Assembly: GCA_016748015.1 (NCBI GenBank)
Contig: JAAOMT010000128.1
Coordinates: 689,538 to 753,537, forward strand
Direction: 5' to 3'
Origin: Geosiphon pyriformis uo1
Taxonomy: Eukaryota; Fungi; Glomeromycota
DNA length: 64,000 nucleotides
The notes beneath the pieces are model-generated. The model made no database searches. It was not told the DNA's origin and saw only the letters and a list, made by a program, of their open reading frames with translations. The translations under genes and the position numbers were made by a program. Below, piece after piece: positions 1 to 12,600 of the stretch (positions within the stretch are counted from its first letter, which is position 1; every line of letters begins with the position of its first letter).

Positions 1-299
1 TTGCTACAATATATGGGTTTTTTCGACTATTTATATTAATACTGATCTCCATAAATGCACACTCAAAAATAAAAATAAAAATTTAACATTATATATTTAA
101 AATGCTTGATTGAATATATTTCTTATTGAAAAATTTTTATCATATATTTATTTAAAATTAAATATTGTTCTTGTTATTGCTTATATTGTATATATGCTAT
201 TGATTTTTGTATGTATGTTAATTAATTTCTGTATCTAATTATAATTTAATAATGTTATATACTGTTTTTGTTGTTTTAAAGTTTTAATAATATTATATT

Positions 300-1260
300 T
301 ATTATAACTATGTATAAATAAAAAATTTATAAACTCTTTTTTTCTTCTATTTTTATGATTACAACTAATGCAAAAAATTGCAAATCTTATTTTTCTTATA
401 ATAACTAATAAAGTTTTAACAAAAAAAATATTTTTTATTATAGAAACAATTAAGCAAAACATCTTAAAGACATTTTTTTAAAATATTAATAATGTAAAGC
501 TGGTTTTAACAGTTTCTAAAGTATTTTTTTTTAAAACATATTAAAATTAAAATTGATTTTGTTTTTATTTATTTTAAAAGTTTTAAAGTTTTTAATAATA
601 GACTAATTAACAAGTTTGTTTTTTTTGTTTTTATTATTATTATTATTATTATTACTTTATAAATGGCCAAAAAAAAATAGTAATTACTAATATTTATTAT
701 TATTATACTAAATTTTTTGTAATTTTAAATAAGATTTTTATTGTAGTATTTAACTTTTTTTAATATAAATAATAATAATAATAACATATCTCTTAAAATA
801 ATATTACTTATAAAATAATATAAAAAACAATTAGTAATTAAATATAATATAAATTAGTTAATTATATTTTTAAAAATTATTAAATAATATAATAACAGAA
901 ATTTTAAAATACCAAAAAAATTTCAAAAATTCTAAAAATTTTAAAAATACTAACAAAAATACCAAAAATTTCAGAAATGTTAAGAATTTCAATAATAACT
1001 TAAGAAAAATATAAAAATTATTAAGAATTTCAAAATTTTGTATTATAAAAATTTATATATATATAATAATATTATTAAAAACAAAAAAATAACAATTTTT
1101 TAATTAAATTTTATTAAATAACTTTAGTAATTAAGAATCTAATATTTAAAATAATTTTTTTTTAATAAAATTACAAACTAATTATTTATTATTAAAATTT
1201 ATTTTATTAAATTTACTTATTATTAATTAATATTAATAGTATTTATTTACAAAATTTAAT
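300..1260. repeat. AT-rich dispersed repeat family A (degenerate element), also at ~51650-52650
   Basis: Blocks 300-480, 575-760 and 975-1260 match ~51660-51830, ~52415-52650 and ~51895-52170. Examples: aaacatcttaaagacatt / aaatatcttaaagacatt, and tattataaaaatttatatatatataataa in both. Confidence 0.75.
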
Positions 1261-1489
1261 AATATTAAAACAATAATTATTAATGAAATATTATTTTTAT
1301 ATTTTATTCTTTTTATTATTCTTTTTTTTGTTTTATTGTTTTATTAATTAATTAAAAAAAAAGTATTAAAATTACAATATTAAGAATTTTTTGGTAAAAA
1401 ACACAAAAAATAAGTATAAAATTAACTTAATAATATTTAGATTATTTACCAAAAGAATAAAATTAAAAATTATTAATTATTATCAATAA

Positions 1490-1897
1490 ATCTCTATCTA
1501 TTATATAAATTTTTGTTTCACTTTTAGAAATGATATCTGGTCAGTCTGTGCTAGGCATTATGCTTTTATGGAAAGAAATGGACTGATCCCACTAAATAGT
1601 TTAACTTCTATTTTAGTTTGTGAATTTTCTTTAGAGTTTTTTGCTGATGTCATCAAGTTATTTGGGATTGCTGAGACTTTTGGTATTTGTTTTGGTTTTC
1701 ATAAATCTTGCTTATTTTTTTTAAGTGTTGTTGACTTGGTTTTAGTTTACATAGTTGCTTAGTGTTGTCTTGATTAATCTGAATAGTTGATTACATGTAA
1801 TAAGAACATAATTTATACTTAATTTAGATTACTTGTATAATATATAATACTAAGTAGCATTTGGATTTTACTTATAAAGTATAATAATAAAAAAATT
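1490..1897 (+). mobile_element. 5'-truncated LINE stub (ORF2 C-terminus, 3'UTR, A-tail)
   Basis: ORF 1568-1762 (MERNGLIPLNSL...FGICFGFHKSCLFF...VYIVA*) aligns with the ORF2 end at 14110-14303 (IEKTGLVGDDGL...FAVNFGHHRSYIFF...VDIGV*). Both continue tagtgttgtcttg into a similar ~130 nt 3'UTR ending aataaaaaaa. The 5' boundary is approximate. Confidence 0.85.
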
Positions 1898-2249
1898 ATA
1901 TAAAAAACTTAATTAACTTAAAACTTTTAAATACCAAAACTTTCAGATTATATTATTTATTAACAGTATTAATTTATAAATTAATATACTATATAATTAT
2001 TTGTAAATTAATTTTTAACTTTAAATTATAGATTTAAAGCTTTATAAAGATAATATTAATTGTTTTAATATTATTTTTTAATACTTTAATCATAAATTTA
2101 ACAACTTATATATATTTTTTACTCTTAATTATAATTACAAATTGCTTATTAACTGTAGTTATAAGAAATATTATTATAATTATAGCAAACAATTTAACAA
2201 TAATGTTTGACTTAAATACTAAATAATAATTTAAAACCAAAAATTATTT

Positions 2250-5200
2250 TATATATCTTTTCAAAAAATTTAATAAACTGGTTATATATTTTTAAAATAT
2301 CATAAACTAGCTTTTAAATAATACTATTTAATTAAATTATAAACTTTATATATATTTTATAACATTAGTTATAATTTTCTGTTTTTTTCCAAAGTATTTT
2401 TAATAATTAAGCCAACAATAAATACAGAAAACTAAATTAAAGTATTCTTTAAAACCAAAAAATTATTATAATATAGAACATTAAACTTGCTACAAGTCAG
2501 AAAAATATGATTAAAAAGAATCTTAAACAGAATTTTTTTAGCTGTTTTAATTAATAAAATAAGCTAAGTATTTATTAAAACTCTATTTTACTTATATAGT
2601 TTGGGAATTATTAAAACTCAAGATTTTTTTTAAGAAACTAAAACATTACTAAAAACAAAACAAAAATTTAGCAAATTCAAAAAACATTTTATTATTATAT
2701 TATTATAATGTTTTTAAAGTTTATTTAAATACCAAAGAAACTAATAACTTTGTTATTAAGCAAATTATTAATTATTAGAACTAAATTATTTATGCTAATT
2801 TTTATTATTACTTTAGAAAAAGCATTATTATTTACATAATTTAAGAGAAAATATTGGTAAGACTACAAATCAGACAATATTAAAGACACAATATGCTTTT
2901 TTGTTCATCTTTTTATAATTTTATTAATATTAGCTTTATTTTATTAAGTTTTAAGACCAATTTTTTTTCAATTATAAAGTAATTTAGAACTATTTTATAA
3001 AAAAACTGCTTTAAAATACTTTTTATTATATGTTTTTTGTTAAAGCAAAAATTTTTTATGTATTGGTTAATTATTTTTTTAATAAATATATCTTTAATAA
3101 TCTTTTATTTATAATACTTAAACTTTCTATACTTTTCCTTAATTTTTGACAAATATTTAATAATATCTATTAATTTTATATTATTTTGTATTATATCACT
3201 GATTTTAAAAGTTTTTTTGTTATTAATAATTAACTATTTTATAATAAAACTATTAAATTTAGATTTGTTACTTAAACTTAATTTTTTTACTATTCTAATG
3301 ACCAATAATTTTAACTTAAAAAACTTTAATAATTGTTTATTCTTTAAGCATTCAAATTTATTAAACCAATACTTAAAAAAAACCTTATTTATTAACTTAA
3401 TTATAATTATTCTTAACATTTCCTATATTTTATTCAAATTACCAAGATTTTTTACATTTACAAATCTATCTCTTATTATTGAAAGCCTAATAGAAAAGCA
3501 CTTTTTAAAACAGATTTACTTGATATTATTTGCATCTTTGATTTTAAACTTTTAATAATTTTTATTTGTTTGTTTGTAAATACTATTTAGATAAGTATTT
3601 AAAAGATTACTAAGTCCAATTGAGATTATAACTGTCTTGTAATTAGTATCAAAAAAGTTAGATACAAAAATAACTTTTATTTATAAAAACATAATCAATA
3701 ATTTTTTTTACTTTTTTAAAATTGTACCAAGTAAAAATCTTGGCCAAAAAATACCCACTTAATGAATTAACCAATTTTAAATCTAAATAAAACTTAAAAT
3801 TCACACTTTTTTTAAATCTGTTCTTATTAAAATCTTTATTTAATACCATAAAAAAACTTGAATTAATTATTTTGACAATAAAAAAGTTGACTTTTTATGT
3901 TTAACCAAATTTAGTTTTGACAAAAATCCCAGCATACAAACCCAAAACTGTAATTAAGAGTTTATCTTTAAACAAAAAATAAACTAAAATGAATTAGTCT
4001 GAGATTTCTTCTATCTTTAAAACATATTAAGCCAGAAAAGTGTTTATAATAATAGTTATATTAGTACTAAAAAAGTTTTTATTTAAATTAAATGCAAAAA
4101 TTTGCACTTTATAAAACTTATTTGCAATTTACAATCCAATATTAGATCTTAATTTTGTTTTCATAATTAAAAAAATTATATAATCAATATTAATATAATA
4201 AATAATGTTTTCTTGTTTTGCAAAAACATTTATATCTTTTATATTAAATGTTACTATTTTTCAAACAAGATTGGTTATTAAATAGAAAAATTGGTTAAAT
4301 TCAAACCATTATTATCTATTTTAATCAATAGACTCATAATTAAATTTAACAAATTGCTTATGTTATTTTCTAATTTTAAGATAATTAATAAATCAAAAAA
4401 CACTGTTTTTATAATATTTTTATCATTCAAATTTCTACTTATTATTATATTTGCCTCTTAATTTTGTAATAAAAGAGTTACTAACAATTAATATTAAAAG
4501 CTAAGCTAAGAAATTATTAATTTAAATATATCTAATCTCTTAATCAACTTATTAATTTGCTCTACAAAATCAGCAAAACTATACTTAAAAGTAATAAATC
4601 TGTTATTTACTTTTATTAAAACTAAAAAAAAAGTTTTAACATCTAAAAACAAACTAATATCAACAAAAACCAAAAATATTATAAGAAAAAGAGAAATATT
4701 AAAAATTTATACTTATGTTTTATTACCAAATAAAATTGAACAAACAATTGAAATCTGTTTTTTTTTATATATATTGGTTAATTAAACTCAATTATAAAAG
4801 ATAACAAGCTTTCTGTCATGATTATTCAAATTTTTATTAGTTAAACACCTATTATAAACATAACTAAACTGTTTACATTAAACATAACAAGCCAATAACA
4901 AGCCAGTTTAATGTAGATTTACATTCTTAAACATTAAAACATAACTAATAGCAAATTTTTTGACAGTTTTGTTAGCAAAACAAATAACAAAATACTTATT
5001 ATGTCTATATATTTTTGAATTACAGCCAATAAAACAAGTTTTTTTATTATAAAATACTAACAAACTAAAAAGATTATGAATACTAATATTAATTAACAAC
5101 ATATAAAATAAAGTTCAATAACAATTTTTAAATACTTATGTTTATTTATTATTTACAGTTTTTATTATACAAATAAAATTTTTATCTATAAAAACAAACC

Positions 5201-6265
5201 ACTTAACTATAACCAAATTAGCAATTTTAATTGATTCAAATTTCATTAGAGCTTTTTGCTAAAAACCAATAAACTGTAATCTAACAGAAACAATCTTGTT
5301 AAATTTAAAAAAATTGATTCCATAGCTAATTTAGGAAGATCAACAGAAATTTTTTAATAATTATTTTCTATTCTAAGCAGTTATTTATTTTTTTAATATT
5401 AGTATTTACCAAAAATTTTTTACTAATAGCCAAATTCTTAGCTTTATTCAAATTTAATTATAATATAAAAGATAATCTAATAATTTCTGAAAATTTTAAA
5501 AAAATAAACATCTCTTCAAAACTATTAACATGATAAAATTTTTTTTATTGTCATTAACTTATTATTAAAAGTTTTTTTAGATACAGCAGAAAGCTTAATA
5601 TTTAATACAAAAAATTTTACTATATTAAAATTTTATTATTTAGATATATAATTTGGCCAATAGTAATTGTTTAGAGCTAATAAATTTAAAATTTAAAAGT
5701 ATTAAAATATTATCATTATTACTACTCAAATTATTAAAAAAAATTTTCTCTGGCTTATTATTCAAAACATATATTTTGATATGTGTTTTTCTAAACATAA
5801 CTTTATTTATTACATCATCTATTTTTGAGTTCAAATTTATATAGTAAGTTTTTTTAACAAACATGTTTTTTATATTCTTAATATTTAAAATCTTATTAAT
5901 ACAGCTTATTTTACTATTAATTTTGCTGCTCTAAGACTTTAAAAATTCAAAGCTATTAAATTCTATATTATTAATATTTAAAAAACCAGCAAATAACTTA
6001 ACAATCTTATTACCAATAACAAACTTTTTTGACTTTTTATAAAATATATTACAAAAGTAAGTGTTTTTAATATTAGACTAAATTTTCAATTCAGCCAAAA
6101 CAGAACTAGACTTATCAGCAAAAAAGTTTATTAATTTTATAATCATAAATAAAGATATATTAAAAAAAATAGTTAAAAAATAAAAAAGAAAAAAGAATAA
6201 AAAAAACTATTTTTTTGCAAAAAAATTATGCTTTTATTATAATCAAAAGATCAACAAGAAAAAAA
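2250..6265 (-). mobile_element. Hypermutated (AT-converted) ghost copy of the LINE: 5'UTR, ORF1, endonuclease and first part of RT
   Basis: Minus-strand ORF remnants are colinear with the 7.5-14.4 kb copy. 5640-5864 KVMFRKTHIKIYVL matches KTMPRKTRTQTFVL. 4908-5102 HNLFSLLVFYNKKTCFI matches HDLSNLLVSYGGKSCFI. 3658-3849 NKDFNKNRFKKSVNFKF matches SGDFNESKSGRSVSFKF. 3234-3419 KVFFKYWFNKFEC matches EVFIRHWFSEFQC. The 5'UTR ttcttgttgatcttttgattataataaaagcata matches ctcttgtcaattccctgaccacaacaagagcata. Confidence 0.9.
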
Positions 6266-6554
6266 TTTTAATATTAAGTTATTTAAAATTTTTTTGTTGT
6301 TAAATAGTAATATTAAAAATTGATTAATAAATAATTATTATTATTAATATATATACTAATAGTTATAATAGTAATTAAATTATTAAAACATAATAATAAT
6401 ATGATAAATATTGTTTTTACAAAGTTTTAAATTTATAATTCAAAATTTAATATTAATAATTAAAATTCTCAATTTTTGGTTTTTTAATTATAATTTATAA
6501 TTAATCTAAATATGGTTTTGTTTTTTACAATAATTTTAAATTCAAGTTTTTTGT

Positions 6555-7500
6555 AATTATTATTATTAGTAAAAATTTAAGTTATTAATTAACATAAAAT
6601 TATTTTTATAATTTTTATTATTAATTAATATATGTTATTATTTATTATTTATTATTTTATCAAATTATTAAATATTATTATTCAATTAATAATTTAATTT
6701 ATATAAATATACAAATATAATTAATTGTAATAATTAGATTATATAATACTTTAAACTATACAATATTTAAGAATTTGCCAAAATATTTGGAAATTTAATA
6801 AAATATTTAACAATTTACTAAAATAATTAATAATTTATAGAAAATAATTTGTGATTTGCCAAAATATATTTTTAGTTTACTAAAAAATTAGTGAAAAAAT
6901 AAAATAAAATTAGATAATAATACTATAATAAATTATATAAAATAAGAGCTTTTTTATTAAGAAATTGTTTTATTTTTAGAATTTTAACTGAATAATCAAT
7001 TAGTTATTACAAATTAATTCAATAAATTTACTTTGAAAACCAAACTTTTATTATAATTATTATTATTCAAAATTCATAATTTTGATTAAAAATTTTAAAA
7101 TTAAATAACTATTAATTTTAAGTTTAATTAAAAACAATTTTTTTTATATTTTTTATATTTTAAATTGTTTTTTATATTATTAAGTAGTTTATAGTTGAGA
7201 TTTTTGTATAAAAGTTGATTTTTATAACAAAATAACTACATATTATTAAAAAGTTTACAAATAAAAATTCTTGTAAAAAAATTAAATTTTATTATAAAGT
7301 AATTATATAAAAATATTGATATAAAATTAAGTTTTTTATTATAAACTTAACAGTAATAATAATTTAAAATATAAAAAAATATTTTGAAGATAAATTAACT
7401 TATTAAAAATTTACTAATTTTCATTAACAATAAATTTAACAACAATTTAACATTAACAATATTAAATAAAAACAACAAAAATCTTTGATAATAGTGTTTA
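6555..7500 (+). repeat. AT-rich dispersed repeat family B (~0.95 kb), direct copy at ~61510-62485 and inverted partial copy at ~57375-57745
   Basis: Colinear matches: aattaacataaaattatttttataatttttatta vs aattaacatgaaattatttttataatttttatta; aacaaaataactaca vs aacaaagtaactaca; caaaaatctttgataata vs caaaaatctttaataata. Confidence 0.8.
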
Positions 7501-7671
7501 AAAATATAAATTTTTTTTTAATTTATATGTATATTTATAACTTATATCTTTCTCTTGTCAATTCCCTGACCACAACAAGAGCATAGATATTTCTGAAGTA
7601 TTCGCTTTTCTTCCTCCCTTTTTCCCTAGTCCCTATTAGCTATTTCTTCTACTACATCTCCGTTTGTCACG

Positions 7672-9615
7672 ATGGAACTGGTGGGCTTTTTTGCTGGTAG
7701 CTCTGGGTCAATTTCGGCTGGTTTGGGGACCTGCCAAAGTACAAAAAGCAAGCGTGTGGATACGGTGTACTCTCGAGGTGTATCCTACAAGAAGCCAAAG
7801 AAGCCTGTCATTGGTGTTGTGATTGACTTGTCTGCTGGCCCTCTGGACTTGGAAAATCTTGGTGGTGCTGGTGTTAAGCCTGGGATATCCTGGGGAAGTA
7901 AAGTTAACAGTGTCACTAGCAGTATAAGTGATCTCTCGAACATTGAAAATATGGCGAACACAATTGCCGAGGAAACCAGTTATGCAGAATCAGGTAGAGA
8001 TGACAACATGGATAAGACAATGCCAAGAAAAACTCGCACTCAGACATTTGTGCTGGGCAACCCTCTGAAGTAACCTTCGTTCGAATATATAAGTGATAAC
8101 GATGTTGTGCTGGATCTTCCTTCTTGTGTGGATATTGGGTCTAATCAGTTGCCACTGCTTAGATCACATGCCCTGGAAATGCGGAACTTTAATACAACAA
8201 AATCTTTGATGCTTAATATTGAGCTTTTTGCAGTGCCTGGCAAGTTAGTTAGTGATAAATTAATTTCATTAAAAAAAATCTTTTATCATGTTGATGGTTT
8301 TGGGGGAGCCTCCACTCCCTCAAAATTTTCTGGTATTATTAGATTATCTTTTACATCAGAATTTAGTTTGAATAAGACTAGGAAAATGGCAATCTGTAAA
8401 AAAATTTTAGTTAATGATGATGTCAGAAAAGCAAACAACTGTTCAGATCAAGAGGTGATCATCAAAGAGATCTCAGTAGATCTTCCCAGATTGGCAGTGG
8501 AATCAGTTTTCTCTAAATTTGACAAGATTGTGTCTATCAAGATACAGCTAATTGGTCTTTAACAAAAGGCCCTAGTTGAATTTGAGTTGTCTAAAGTTGC
8601 CAATCAGGTTGTTTCTATGTGGTCTATTTTTATGGGAAAGAATTCTGTGCATGTGGCTTTGACAATCAATGATAAACAAACATAGATATCTAGGGATCAA
8701 CATCGAGCATTGCTATACACTTTTCTAGTGGACACCACTGCTCATGATCTTTCCAATTTGTTAGTATCCTATGGTGGGAAGTCTTGTTTTATCAGCCACA
8801 ATCTTAGTTTATATGTTTGTGATAGGTGTGCTGTAATTTGTTTTGGTAATGAAGTGTCCAAGTTGGCTGCTATTGGCACAATTCCTATTTTCAAGGGTGT
8901 AAGTTTGCATTGGGCTGGTCTTTCTTTGGCCTGTTGTAGTCAGTGCAAACAATTTGGTCATATTTCTGTTAACTGTTTGATGAGTGAGAATTCTGGTGGT
9001 TATGGGAGGTGGGTGGTTTTTGATTAGAATTGGGTTCGTCTGGCCAGAATATATAAGAAAAGGATGGCTTTTATTGTGCGGCCAGTTTCATTTGGTGACA
9101 AGACATGGGCTCAGGTTGCCGGTGACTCTTCTTCTTGTATGGTTCTTTTGGATACTTCTGGTGTTGGTTCAACCTCAGGCATAAACTCTCTCTCAATGTC
9201 CTTTGGATCTCTTGATGTCTCTGATTTAGGTGGTTGTTTGGTGTTCTTGGAATGCTTTTTAGAACTCTTAACTGACCAGGTTTCTGGTATTATGAAAAAA
9301 TTGAGTTTTGTTGAGTTGGTGCTCTTGGTGCCTTCCTCTCGTGTTTCCCCTTTGAATGTTTCTGTGTCTGTGGTTTCAGTTGTGGAAACAGATATGGCTC
9401 TGGATAGTGGGTTAACTTTGTCTATACCCTCTGTTTTTGGTGCTAATGTGTCTGATGCTGTTCTTAGTTCAAGTGGTTTAAAGGTTCTAACCTCTAAGGT
9501 GGGTGGTCTGAAATCTAAGATGTCTGCTCTGGAAGCTTTGATTGGTTCAGTTCTGGTAAGATTGGATCTCTTGTGTTCTGGTTCTGGTTTCTATGTTCCT
9601 TCTTCATCCCAATGA
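7672..9615 (+). pseudogene. LINE ORF1 (gag-like; RRM-like region and CX2CX4HX4C knuckle), 4 in-frame stops
   Basis: ORF pieces at 7672, 8107, 8710 and 9064 are all in one frame. Knuckle CSQCKQFGHISVNC. RRM-like VIIKEISVDL...VFSKFDKIVSIK...ALVEF. Stops at 8071, 8560, 8683 and 9025. Confidence 0.9.
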
Positions 9616-12600
9616 GTGATCTGGTCTGGAAATTTGCGACATGCAATGTTCAAGGTATCAACATTCTTGCAAAGCAAGCAGATATTGTTTGTTGGGATGT
9701 GAGTTCTGGGAATATGGTTTCTTTTGTTTCTAAAATAAAGTTGAGGTCTTTTGCTGGGCCATGAATCAAGGATAAATTTGATGAGGTTCGGATTTTTACT
9801 TTTGGTTTGGATGTTAGTTATCTTGGTGCTGGTGTTGCTGTGATTATGAACAACTCTCTGGCTCACCATATTTCTAAGGTTGAAGAGATCCCTGGTTGGG
9901 TTGTTTCTGTGCGACTTTTGTTCAAAGGCAAGCTCTCGGTAATTGTGCTTGGTTTGTATGCTGGTGCTTCTTCTGGCACTTGTTTTAGTCAGGCGTCTGA
10001 GGTTAATTCTTTTATTGCTAAGGCTGTCAATATCAGCATCTTTATCATGTTGAGTGGGGATTTTAATGAGAGCAAATCTGGAAGAAGTGTGAGTTTTAAG
10101 TTTTGCTTGGGTCTGGGTTTAGTCAATTCTTTTGCTGGCCATTGTTTGGCTGAAACACCTATATGATGCAATTCAAGAGGGGTTGAGAAGACTATTGATT
10201 ACATTTTTGTTAGTAAAAACCTATCTTCAGCTGTTGCTAAGTATTGGATTGGACCTGTTTCTGAATTTTTTGATACGGATTACAGTGCTGTCATGGTGTC
10301 AATTGACTTGGGTGAATTCTTGAATGTTCAGTTGAATAGTTTGCACAAGCAGGCTAACAAGGATTGTTGGAAGTTCAGAATTAGGAATGCGGATGTTGCC
10401 AAATGGAGTAAGTTCAAGAATTGTGTTTCAGATAAACTTCTGTTAGTCAAAGACTTTTTTTCTGAGGCCAAAGCTGGTGGTAATTTAAATACTATGTGGG
10501 CAATTTTGGAGGAAGGGATGGTTGAGTCAGCTGATGAAGTGTTTATAAGGCATTGGTTTAGTGAGTTTCAGTGCCCTAGGAATAAACATTCTTTGAAATT
10601 TTTTGGGCTTGAGCTATTTGTTGCTAAGATTGTTAGTAAGATTGGTTCTGGTGACATGCTTGGAGTAGATTGTCTTGTGAGAAAATGGTTCATTTTGGAC
10701 GAGACCAAGGCTAGCACTTTTTTTGACTTGGTTATCTTGGGTAGGGACAGTGTTGTTCTTCTTAGGCATTTGTTATCAGTTCGTAAAAAATACAGAAGGT
10801 CGAAAATGTTTAAGTCAAAGTTGGCTGAAGAGACTTCCATTAGGAAAGCTATAGAAAAGCACATGGAGAGCTTTGCTTCTAATAAGGGTGGCATGAACTG
10901 AAGTGTTTTGGACCAGTCTTTTTGTAAGGTGGTCCTTGATCATTTGGTGATTAATGATGACTTGGTTTTGGAACCTAAGAAGATAAAGTTTAAGGTGGAT
11001 GAGATCATGATGGGGTGGACAAAGATTCGCACTATACCTCAATCATTGTCTAAATGCTGGGTTTGCCAGTACATGCTGTTGGATTATGTAAGGAATGATG
11101 CCTTTTCTGGTGTTATGAGGGAGATAGTTATGGAGGAGTTGCTTCTGGTGGTGGGTGATCTGCCTGATGGTAAGGCCACTGGCCTGTCTAGTATTTCCAA
11201 TGAACTGTGGAAGCATAGTGATAAGATGGTTCTGAGATGTCTGTTGGTTTTGCTGAATGCTTGCTTGTTCATTGGTGGGGTGCCTGTTTTTTGAAAAAGG
11301 GCCTGGGTGTTGATGATTCCTAAGCCATATGATTGGGATGGTATTTTTATGAACACTTGTCCCATTGCTCTGATTGAAACTGTCAGGAAGATTCTCTCTA
11401 AGGTTCTGTCTGATCAGATTTCTTTCGTATGTGGTAAGTTTGGTGTTCTCTATGGTGACAATTTCTCTGTGTTGAAGGGCACATCTATACAATCTCCAGT
11501 ATTTGCTGTTGGGGCGGTTGTGGAGGATGCTCTTAAGAAGGATAGGGAACTTTGGCTGGTTCTGCAGGACATGCAAAAAGCATATGATTCTGTTGGGTAG
11601 CATTATTTAAGGGCTAGTTTGCAGAGGATTAAGATGTGTAACAAATTCATCAGATTTTTTGGTAGTATACATGAGGGTAGGTTCAACAGGGTGATGACTG
11701 ATTTTGGTCTTTCTGATGGGTATCATGTTTGTGATAGTTTGGATCAAGGTGAAGTTTTCTCACCCCTTTTGTAGAGAATTTTTTACGATCCACTTCTGTG
11801 TGAGGTTAAAAGACATGAACAGATTTTTGGGTATCGGATAAGTTCCAAGTTCATTTTGAAATCAGGTCAAATTGAGGGCAATGGCGGGTTGTCATCCTAT
11901 TTTGCAGCTGGTGCTTTTGTTGATGATACAATTTGGGTTGGGAATTATCAAGCTGCTACTTAGAATATTTTGGACATTGCAAGTGAGTTTTTTGTTATCA
12001 ATGATATTTCCATCAACAATGAGAAGACTGTGGCCATCCCGATCAATCAAGGTGTTAGAATTGCTTCTTTGAGTATTAATGGTCTGCCTGTTTCAATAGC
12101 TAAAAAGGGTAAAGCTCATCACTATTTGGGTATTTTTTTGTTCATTAAAGGGCTTTCAAAGCCAAGTGTGGCCAAGGTGCATTTTGATGTTTGTTTTTTT
12201 GTTAATGTGGTTCTCAGGAAGGCTATTACTGATAAACAGTTCTCGTATCTGGTATCAGCCATCTTGCAGCCTATTGTTAGCTATTGCACTCAGTTCAGCT
12301 TTGTCTTGTTGAATGTGTGTAACAAATGGGATGTGATGTTGAGGAAGAGCCTTAAGTCTAAAACTGGTTTGTCCCATGATTTCTTCAATGAGGCTCTGTG
12401 TTATCCGTCTTTATATGGTCTGAAGTTTTTTGAGCAGGTGCAGTCTGAAGAGAAGTTGGCTGCCTTGATTTCATTTTCCAACTCTTCTAGTATTCTTGGC
12501 CAGTTGTTTAAGCACAGACTTTTTGATTTGCAGGTTCTAGAGTGGTCTCCTTTGAATCCTTTGCAGTTTCCTATTAGGTTGTGTGTTAGCCCTGTGAACA

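Noticed and set aside
3217-3555. 112-aa and other I/K/L/F/N-rich ORFs in the AT-rich flanks (e.g. 5653, 14410, 52493, 53361)
   Set aside because: Compositional artefacts or antisense frames of eroded transposons; not genes.
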